A stretch of 64,000 bases of DNA from Eledone cirrhosa (Eukaryota). Below, piece after piece: positions 53,300 through 61,992 of this stretch; the stretch's first letter is position 1, and each line of letters opens with the position of its first letter. The notes under the pieces are model-generated. The model had not been told where the DNA came from and searched no databases. It saw only the letters and a program-made list of their open reading frames with translations. Both the position numbers and the translations under genes were made by a program. The stretch spans positions 99,076,001 through 99,140,000 of the forward strand of contig OZ024740.1 in assembly GCA_964016885.1 (NCBI GenBank), in the 5' to 3' direction.

Positions 53300-54445
53300 C
53301 CTTACTCAATGTCTATAGGTTGAGGAGGGAGTTCCTCTTCCAAACCAACCAATAATCGAATGACTGTAAAAGTGAGGTGATTGATCTCTCAGATATTATT
53401 TATCTGGGAAGAGTGTTGGAAAGGAGAAAATCAGAAGACCTTCTGCCAACAGTTAGCTGCAGAGAGAAAAACCCATTACTGCCAATGTCTCAATTACAGC
53501 AGCCAACAACACCAGCAACAACAGCAGAAGCAGGAAAGGTACCAAAATCTTCCATGAAAGATGCAAGGGCAGTGACAACAGTGCCTTCCCTGAGACCAGA
53601 GGAGGTGACCAAAGAAAAGATATCAACAATGATTGACAATAGCTGCATTAGCAGCATCAATATCTGCACCTACAGCAATGGCAATTCCCTGAACATCAGA
53701 AGTAGAACCTCCCAGCCCAAACACAACACTTGACAATTAGTCTCTCCCAATTTTAACTCCCAAACATGTCCTGTTATGAGGACGACATAAATGAGTGGTA
53801 ATGGCAAACTGTCTCTAAAAGTTAGAGGACACACAAAAGGATAAAAAGACCAAACCCTGTCCATACCAACGATGACAATGAGAAAAATAAAAGCTACAAG
53901 ACAAGCACCAACACCATTTTCCCGCCATCACTAGCAACACTATCAACAAAACCATAACAATAACAACAATGAAAATAACAACAACTACAGGTACCACTAG
54001 TACCACTAATACCTCAAACATCACAACAAACACATGATCCAAATCATACTCACGAAAAAAACAAGAACAGAAACCCACAACACAAACAAAAGAAAATGAA
54101 CTTTAACCAGATAGCAATAAATGCAACCAGCAGTGAACTAATGAACACTCAAATGTAACACAAAACAATTGTGTTACACCACTTATCCCCATAACAGCAC
54201 ACATAAAAATTATTGGAACCACACAAGTTTTCATAAGCCTAGAACATAATTTTCCAATGGAATAGGTCACTTCTGTGATCACCAAATGTATATACACTGA
54301 ATTGCTTGTGGAGACACCCACATTTATCTGGAAGTACAAACTAGCCATTCTTTCCATTAGAATAAGGTAAGTGACTCTTTTCACTTGGTTCCTCTTCTGT
54401 CAAGCATGGCCTTACTCAGAATAGGCAGTGTAAATGTGCATGTCC
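53300..54445 (+). mobile_element. Decayed Tx1/L1-type ORF1 and ORF2 start, related to 13024-15070
   Basis: VIDLSD matches VIDLTD, followed by a Thr-rich tract. Junction AAGGTAAGTG...CATGGCCTTACTCAGAATAGGCAGTGTAAATG matches 14991-15062. Confidence 0.7.
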
Positions 54446-55478
54446 TTTCCCCTAAATCAGAATCCATTATTATTAAGGGTATTAAATGTAACAGAATCGA
54501 TAGAGAGCTAGACTAAATGTTTTGTCATATATTTATCTGCTGAAATCAAATTCCATTTAAAATTGTCTCTTATCTCATCCATAATCCTTAGAATAAGATC
54601 AAACTATCTTGTTAAGTATTTCCAAATTCCAGAGGCTCAGTGTTCTATTTACATTAAATACTTTTGATGACTATTGTAGGATTGGGTATTATGTGAGCAT
54701 CTTTTTATAAATCTAATTGTGAATACAGACACAAAGACCATATGGAAGAAAATCAAAAGTAATTGCTTAAGAACCTTAGGCATTTCTTTCTATTTCTCTT
54801 TCAAATATCCTTTGTTTCTGTATGCATACTCTAGTTTAATCCGTAAAAGTTTTTATTCTATCTATTTTTCAGATTCTTTCTTTAAAATTTCTTTCTGTCT
54901 GACTGTCTTTTCTAAATTATTTGATCTATATTGATTATTTTCATGACCTTTCATGTCTATTAACCCTCCGGTCTCTGTGAAGTGTTAAATATATTTCTTA
55001 ACTTTGAAGTTTTTATACTTTTTTAATTCAAAACCTGAATTATATTCATTCATACTTCATACTTAGAATTATTGTATTTCATTTTGCATATATATGTGTA
55101 GCTGAGTGTATAAACAAGGTTGACCTACACACATGCCTGAAATTGTGAAATGTGGGGTACATTACCTGATTTTTAAACCTAATATTCTTAGTGACCAACT
55201 ATTTTTATTATGGTCATTTGCATTAGGATTCACACATTCCAAATATTCCATATGAAGATATGTAAGGTTAAAATTTGTTTGTGTGAATCAATGTGCAAAC
55301 AAAGTAAACAAGGATGATTGCTTGCCAAAGTATTTTTCTCGATATGGTCTTTGTAGGAGGTACGGTAACAGTCCAATTTGAGAGTTAAATGAACAGTATC
55401 CAAGTGGAAGATAATGGAGTAATTATAAATTTAAAGGCATAATACTTGGAAAAACAAACGACTAGACACGAAGTTAAG

Positions 55479-56055
55479 GTTAGAGGAGAAAGATTTATTT
55501 GGAGTTTGTTCTTTAACATATGTTTCAGTACAATAGCAGTCTACAAGTGCTGATTGAATATTATTAAGCTCAATCGCAAGCATTACATAAAATACTACAC
55601 TTCATCAGAAAGGGTATTCATAGTTAGAGGTGAGGTCAATAAAAGAGTGTTCATAGTTAGAGGTGAGGTCAATGAAAGAGTGTTCATAGTTAGAGGTGAG
55701 GTCGCTGAAAGAGTATTCATAGTTAGAGGTGAGGTCGCTGAAAGAGTGTTCATAGTTAGAGGTGAGGTCGCTGAAAGCGTGTTCATAGTTAGAGGTGAGG
55801 TCACTGAAAGCGTGTTCATAGTTAGAGGTGAGGTCACTGAAAGAGTGTTCATAGTTAGAGGTGAGGTCACTGAAAGAGTGTTCATAGTTAGAGGTGAGGT
55901 TGCTGCAGCAAGTATTCTCTTACTGCTATCAACTCGGTCATTGTTTATGTAATATTTGCGATTGAGGATATAATATGCAACCAACACTTGTCGACTGATT
56001 TTGTACTGAAACATATGTTAAAGAACGAACTCTAAATATATCTTTCTCTTCTAAC
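55479..56055. repeat. ~115-bp inverted repeats enclosing nine 33-bp tandem units
   Basis: 55479-55592 is approximately the reverse complement of 55941-56055. The unit GAAAGAGTGTTCATAGTTAGAGGTGAGGTCRCT is repeated 9 times at about 55608-55904. Confidence 0.92.
55511..55612 (-). ncRNA. Hammerhead ribozyme motif with long stem II insert
   Basis: Minus strand: cttt-CTGATGA-agtgta...tgtact-GAAAC-atat-GTT-aaag. Stem I is cttt/aaag and stem III is palindromic. Confidence 0.6.
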
Positions 56056-56148
56056 ATTTAATTCTTGCCAAGTTGTTTTTTTTTAGTATATACCTTTAAA
56101 TTTATATGTATAAATATATATATATGTATCATCATCCACATCATCATT

Positions 56149-59100
56149 TTACGTCCGCTTTTTCCTGCTTGCAAGGGTGGGACGGGTTTTATTCAGCACA
56201 TCATCTCTCCACTCGTCACGGTCCCTCGTCATCTCCACCGTGAGCTTCAATGATCTGAGGTATGTTCTCACCACCTCCGCCCATGTTTTTCGTGGTCTAC
56301 CTCTACCACGTCTTCCTACAACTGGCATTTTCTGGCACTTCTTCACCCATCGGTCGTCCTCCATGCGCATCACATGTCCATACCACCTCAGTCTCCTCTC
56401 CCATACACTACATTCTATCCCTCTCAGACACAGTTTCTCTCTCAACATATTTATGCTGGGTCGTTCACGCACATTTACACTGCACATCCAACGGAGCATG
56501 CTTGCCTCATTTCTCTCCAGCCGTCGCATATCCTCTGCAGTTGCTGCCCATGTCTCACTACCATGCAGCATCGCGCTCCTCACACAGGCATCACACAACC
56601 GGCCTTTCGTACGCAAGGAGAAACCCTTCTTCGTCAACAGAGGAAGCAGCTCCCTAAACTTCTTCCAACCCGTTCTTATTATAGATACTATGGCCTCGGA
56701 ACACCCTCCTCCCATGCTAATCTGATCTCCTAGGTACCGGAAGCTATCCACCACTTCTATAGCGCCCTCTTGCATTTGAAAAATGTGTCTATCAGTGCGA
56801 CTTCTACTGTCTAATTTCCCTGTACATCTACTGCATACATATTTCTCCCTACCTGAAAATTTGGCTGCTATCCCGCTACATCTCTTGTGTACCCAGGATC
56901 TGCATTGTGTGCATTTTATAGAATTTATGCCAGTTCCTTTTCTGCATATCGAACATGGCCATTTCCCTGACGGAATCAGGCTTTTGTCCTCTTTTCTACT
57001 CATCAACACTTTTGTCTTAGCTAGATTCACTCTCAATCCTCTTGCTTCCAACTGCTGTTTCCATAGCCAGAATTTATTCTCTAGCTCCTCTACTGATTCT
57101 GCTATAAGAACCAGATCGTCAGCATAGAGAATTTCCCATGGACAGCCATTCTTAAACTCCTCTGTTATGGCTTGGAGGACTATAATGAACAAGAGCGGGC
57201 TGAGGACCGAACCCTGATGTACTCCTACTTGTATCTGGAATTCCTCACTAAACTCCATTCCTACCCTGACTTTACTGAGAGTACCTCTGTACAAAGTTTG
57301 CACTGTCCTCACAAGCCATTCCTCAACACCTAGCTTCCTTAGGGACCACCAGATGACAGATCGGGGTACCCTATCAAAGGCCTTCTCTAGGTCAACAAAG
57401 GCTATGTATAGTGGCCTATTCTTCTCTAAGAACCTCTCTTGCATTTGTCTCACCAAGAAGAGGGCATCTGTTGTACTCTTCCCAGGCAAAAAGCCAAACT
57501 GCATCTCATCTAGTTTGACCCTTTCTCTAATTAGTTGTGCTAAAATCCTTTCTGCCACTTTCATAACCTGATCTATCAGTTTTATACCCCTATAATTGCT
57601 CCTCTCCAAAGCATCCCGTTTACCTTTGTAGCAATTTATGAGTATACTGCTGCACCAGTCTTTGGGTATGACACCACCATATATAGCCTGATTGATGATG
57701 CGTGCAACCAGTTTAGTGCCTACGTCCCCTGATGCCTTCAGCATCTCAGCAACTATTCCCGATGGTCCGGCCGCCTTACCATTTTTCATTTCCCTAATCG
57801 CCTCTTGGATCCTATATTCGTCAATCTCAATAGCTGGTCCCTCTGTCGTATCTACCAAGGGTAATTTCTCTCTCTCCCATTCGTTCTCCACATTCATCAG
57901 TCTCTCATAATGACATTTCCAGGCCTCCTTTTTCTGATCAATCGTGACACTAAGTACACCGGCATCATCGCGGACACATTTATCTCCAACAACATCCTGA
58001 TTTGCATTGACACACTGCCTTGCAATGTGGAACACCGCACGCCTCTGATCTTCCCGTCGCAGAACATTGGCAAACCTCCTACTCTCTGCCTCCCTGCGTG
58101 CTAAGTACACCTGACGTCTAGCTTCTCTCTTAGTGGCTTTATATTCTTCCCTACTCCCACCCTTTTTCCAAGCCCTCCATGCTAGTCTTTTGTCTCTAAT
58201 AGCCTTATCTACTGTGCTGTTCCACCACCAGGTCACTCTCTGTCTGGTTGGAGCTCTGCTCCAGCCACAGGTTTCATCAGTAGCCTGCAGCAAGTTGTCA
58301 CGTAAGAAATTCCAGTTATTATCTATGTCATACGTCTCTAAATCGTCTTCTTTTTCGTCATATACATCTTGAAGGGCTTTCCTAAATGTGTATTTTAGTG
58401 AAAGGTCTTTTAGCTTCCAGACCTTTCTTCTCCACACCTTCCTATATGTCTCATTCCATCTCTTGCTTACTGAGATATCACTAACAACTAACCTATGCTG
58501 TGGGGTACATTCTTCCCCAGGGTATGCCTTGGTATTAGACACTATCTGCCTGTCCCGCTGCCTAACTAGTAAGAAGTCAATCTGGCTTATGTGCTCACCA
58601 GATTTGTAGGTTATTAGGTGATTGGCAGGTTTCTGGAAGTTTGTGTTGCAAATAGTCAATGTACTCGCATCACAAAATTCAAGAAGTCTCACTCCTTCTT
58701 CATTTCTTGAACCGTAACCGTGCCCATCATGTACCCCAGTGTAACCATCCTGGAGCTGTCCAACATGACCATTGAAGTCTCCTGCTAGCATAACGATGTC
58801 TCCGTCCTCTGTCATTGTGGTTGTTTGCAAGAGTTGCTCATAAAAGCAGTCTTTCTCATCTTTGCCTAGGCCTGCTTGGGGAGCATAGACCGAGATGATT
58901 GTCAGTAGTCTCCTACCTACAACTAATCTAAGCTTAATTATTCGATTACTAACTCGAACTACCTCTATTGTCTTATTGATCCATTTCTCAGCCAGAAAAA
59001 TGCCTACTCCCCCTAGCCCATCATCCTTACCTACCCAGAATAGCTTATAGCTAAGACGCTTGCCTACGACTAGTCTCGCAGAGGCACCTCTCCATCTCAC

Positions 59101-59217
59101 CTCTTGCACGCAGCACACACCCACCTGCCTTCTCTCCAGCATCTCCGCTATTTCAGCAGATCTACCTCTGAGAGTGCCAACATTTAGTGTTGCAACTCTG
59201 AGATGCGACGTCTTCAT
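56149..59217 (-). CDS. Intact RTE-clade LINE ORF: APE endonuclease + reverse transcriptase with inserted PHD-type finger
   Basis: 1022 aa uninterrupted. APE motifs ATLNVGTL, VQEVRW, SVYAPQ, GDFNGHVG, QIDF and QHRLV. RT motifs GKAAGPSG, NYRGIKL, QFGF, FVDLEKAFD, VGVHQGSVLSP, LYADD and FRYLG. RTE C-terminus RLRWYGHV...GRPRKTW. (GAT)n tail at 56128-56147. Confidence 0.97.
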   Translation of the reverse strand: MKTSHLRVATLNVGTLRGRSAEIAEMLERRQVGVCCVQEVRWRGASARLVVGKRLSYKLFWVGKDDGLGGVGIFLAEKWINKTIEVVRVSNRIIKLRLVVGRRLLTIISVYAPQAGLGKDEKDCFYEQLLQTTTMTEDGDIVMLAGDFNGHVGQLQDGYTGVHDGHGYGSRNEEGVRLLEFCDASTLTICNTNFQKPANHLITYKSGEHISQIDFLLVRQRDRQIVSNTKAYPGEECTPQHRLVVSDISVSKRWNETYRKVWRRKVWKLKDLSLKYTFRKALQDVYDEKEDDLETYDIDNNWNFLRDNLLQATDETCGWSRAPTRQRVTWWWNSTVDKAIRDKRLAWRAWKKGGSREEYKATKREARRQVYLARREAESRRFANVLRREDQRRAVFHIARQCVNANQDVVGDKCVRDDAGVLSVTIDQKKEAWKCHYERLMNVENEWEREKLPLVDTTEGPAIEIDEYRIQEAIREMKNGKAAGPSGIVAEMLKASGDVGTKLVARIINQAIYGGVIPKDWCSSILINCYKGKRDALERSNYRGIKLIDQVMKVAERILAQLIRERVKLDEMQFGFLPGKSTTDALFLVRQMQERFLEKNRPLYIAFVDLEKAFDRVPRSVIWWSLRKLGVEEWLVRTVQTLYRGTLSKVRVGMEFSEEFQIQVGVHQGSVLSPLLFIIVLQAITEEFKNGCPWEILYADDLVLIAESVEELENKFWLWKQQLEARGLRVNLAKTKVLMSRKEDKSLIPSGKWPCSICRKGTGINSIKCTQCRSWVHKRCSGIAAKFSGREKYVCSRCTGKLDSRSRTDRHIFQMQEGAIEVVDSFRYLGDQISMGGGCSEAIVSIIRTGWKKFRELLPLLTKKGFSLRTKGRLCDACVRSAMLHGSETWAATAEDMRRLERNEASMLRWMCSVNVRERPSINMLREKLCLRGIECSVWERRLRWYGHVMRMEDDRWVKKCQKMPVVGRRGRGRPRKTWAEVVRTYLRSLKLTVEMTRDRDEWRDDVLNKTRPTLASRKKRT

Positions 59218-59925
59218 ATTTTGTTGTTGTTCCTATTTGTTGCTGTGCTGATAAGCGTTTTGGCATTGATACACTGGTTGGATGCCCTTCCTAACACCAG
59301 CGCCACTTTACAGCATGGACTGGGTGCTTTTATTTGTGCCACCAGCACTAGAGAGGATGTCTTACTAGACTCAAGGGCCCTCTCTACCCCTCCATTTTAC
59401 AGCATGGTCATTAAAAAAAAAAAAAAACTTATTGACACGACGCACACACAAACACTCACACACCAATACTCATGCATACAAACCACAACCACACACACGC
59501 CACACATACCAACACTCATTCATGCATACAATCACACACACCACTCACAAACACATATATATACAAAATCTGACAGTACTGATACAAAATCAAAATCAAA
59601 ATCATCAAAATCAAAATCAATATCATGTCAACTGTTGACCTTTCCCAGTCCAGTTCAGCTTGTATATAATAATAATAATTGTTTGCTTTACGTTAGTAAT
59701 GGTGGTGGTGGCGGTGAATGGTGGTGGATGGTGTCAGTGTGGTGGCGGTGGATGGTATCAGCGTGGTGGTGGTGGATGGTCAGTTGTTATTGTAGATGTT
59801 GTCGTTGTTGCTGTTGTTGTTGTTCTTCATTTTACTGCTGCTGTTGCTGCAGACAATGGTGTTGAAGCTGTTATTGCTGTCGCATATATACAAATACATA
59901 CATATACACACATTCAACACAGACG

Positions 59926-59977
<52 letters not shown>

Positions 59978-59981
<4 letters not shown>

Positions 59982-60035
59982 AACCAGTAAGACCCCGACA
60001 GCTGAGCTCAAGCCGTTTCGACGGCTAATTCTGGA

Positions 60036-60073
<38 letters not shown>

Positions 60074-60142
60074 TTTTTTTTTAGTCCAGAATTAGCCGTC
60101 GAAACGGCTTGAGCTCAGCTGTCGGGGTCTTACTGGTTCCTA
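59978..60142. repeat. Perfect ~60-bp-arm palindrome with poly(A)/poly(T) centre; half-hammerhead in each arm
   Basis: TAGGAACCAG...CTGGACT-A(n)T(n)-AGTCCAG...CTGGTTCCTA. The arm contains GAAAC-ggct...agct-GTC-gggg. Confidence 0.9.
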
Positions 60143-60219
60143 TTACCCACTCTACTACCTCAAGTATTGAGTACTTTGGTGCGTTATGGTCCACCTGGTT
60201 CCTTACCACATTTCCTTCG

Positions 60220-60284
<65 letters not shown>

Positions 60285-60417
60285 TACATACATATATATG
60301 TATGTATAGTATATGGCAATATACTGTATGTTTAATTAAAATCATTTTGAAGAGCTTGCGCTATTATTTTAAAGTAGTAACTATGTCACTTACTACTTTT
60401 TTCAGCAAAGGGTGATA

Positions 60418-60459
60418 AGCTGACAGATCTGTTTCACACTGTTGGTGTTCATCAGAGCC
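60418..60459 (-). ncRNA. Minimal type I hammerhead ribozyme
   Basis: ggct-CTGATGA-acac caaca gtgt-GAAAC-agatct-GTC-agct. All core residues and three stems are present, with a GUC cleavage triplet. Confidence 0.85.
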
Positions 60460-60678
60460 TAGCACTAGCCGACCTCTGCCGAAAATTATAAAGGCTGGAT
60501 TCTTATATAATAATATACTATACATACATTCATGTATACATCGCTATTTCAGAGCACCAATCCTAATTTTCAATTTTTGCTGGACCGGAAATCGCTCTAT
60601 ATAATCAGTTCCTGATTATTACTGGAATTTTATAAGAATCTATCCTTTATAACTTTTGGCAGAGGTCGACGAGTGCTA

Positions 60679-60720
60679 GGCTCTGAGGAACACCAACAGT
60701 GTGAAACAGATCTGTCAGCT
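60679..60720 (+). ncRNA. Minimal type I hammerhead ribozyme
   Basis: ggct-CTGAGGA-acac caaca gtgt-GAAAC-agatct-GTC-agct. It differs from the other copy only at the variable N7 position. Confidence 0.85.
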
Positions 60721-61424
60721 TATCTACCTTCCTTTGCTGAAAAAAGAAATAAGTGACATATTCATTACTTTAAAATGTTTTTAATTAAATATACAGTATA
60801 TTGCCAAATATACTATACATATATTCATGTATACATTGCTATTTCAGAGCACCAATCCTAATACATATATATGTATCAAAATGCCTATATTTCAAAAAGC
60901 TATAGCTTTTAAACAAATGACCATGTAATCTTTTGTAGTGCTGGTGCTATTATAAATAGTACCCAGTACAGGTTATAACCTGTTAGTGATAGTACCACAA
61001 AAAATAGAGCAAGTACACTGTAAATAAATCATAATGGTACATTGTGAAAACACAGCCTGTATAGCCTTTAAAGTGATTGACATTAAAAAGGGCATCCAGT
61101 CAGTAGAAACTGTATCAATCCATGTGAGCATGAAAATAAATATAAAATGATGATGATTTTGATGTTTTCAGAAAGAATCTTCTAATTTTACAATTTTATA
61201 AATGTTCAATTTGTACACAACATTATAAAAATTCATAGAACATATAGAATAAGAATAAAACTTTATATTCAGACATGTATTGTACAAGTTACTACAAGAT
61301 TACATGGTCATTTGTTTAAAAGTTATAGCTTTTTTAAATATAGGCATTTTGATAGACCTTGTTTATATATATATATATATAAGCAGGGAAAAGAGGACGT
61401 GAAATGATGATGATGATATATATA

Positions 61425-61955
61425 TGATGGCTGCAAACCCTGCTAAGAGTATTGCAATCGCTTGTCAGATTACAGAAGATGGTGCACCTTTAGGCTATGG
61501 CCAATCACACAAACCTGTAATAGATCTTGAACAAACAATGCCTGTGCTTTGAAAGTATTTTAAGTGGGAAAAGTGGGAAAAGGCCTTGCACTCGACCAAT
61601 CCCACTCTCTGAGCATCAAAAGCACTACCTGAAAAGGAGAACTGGTCCACATCATCGGATGCTGCGAAGCCACAGGTTTTTTTTTCAGAGTTTCCCTCTC
61701 CTAGAAAGGTGTTGTGGCAACAACTGGGGGCCTTTCACTTCCAGGAGAAAAAAAAAGAATTTGGATGGACGTTGACTCTGTTGAGTTCCTCTGCCCTTTG
61801 CTGGGTCTTGTATTTCATCCCACAGGGTGTCCAAATATGATCCCCCTCACCAGGCTAGCTTGGTAGGGTTGCCGGTTTAGTCGCTACTGAACCGACCATA
61901 AGACAGGTAGTATTGGGTTACATGCTACCAGTAACACTCGAGAGCGACCTGACAC
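61425..61955 (-). mobile_element. Probable non-autonomous element derived from the 5' UTR of another RTE family
   Basis: Contains CTAGGAGAGGGAAACTCTGA...AAACC, which resembles RTE 5' UTR motifs as recalled. Bounded by TA repeats, with no ORF. Confidence 0.4.
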
Positions 61956-61992
61956 ATATATATATATACACACACACACAGATATATATATA

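Larger units (their letters stand above)
60296..60861. mobile_element. ~300-330-bp hammerhead-bearing unit: inverted partial copy plus wrap-around monomer
   Basis: 60296-60506 is inverted relative to about 60631-60825, and 60513-60564 is repeated at 60808-60861. Confidence 0.85.

Noticed and set aside
55554-56014. 33-bp array as a CRISPR array or as a mucin-like Ser/Thr protein
   Set aside because: Units are contiguous with no unique spacers and no cas genes, in eukaryotic DNA. The ORFs arise because the unit length is a multiple of three, and no splice or homology support is visible.
56177-59251. Plus-strand ORFs overlapping the RTE, and similar antisense ORFs over the R4 and Tx1 copies
   Set aside because: These are antisense shadows of real coding frames.
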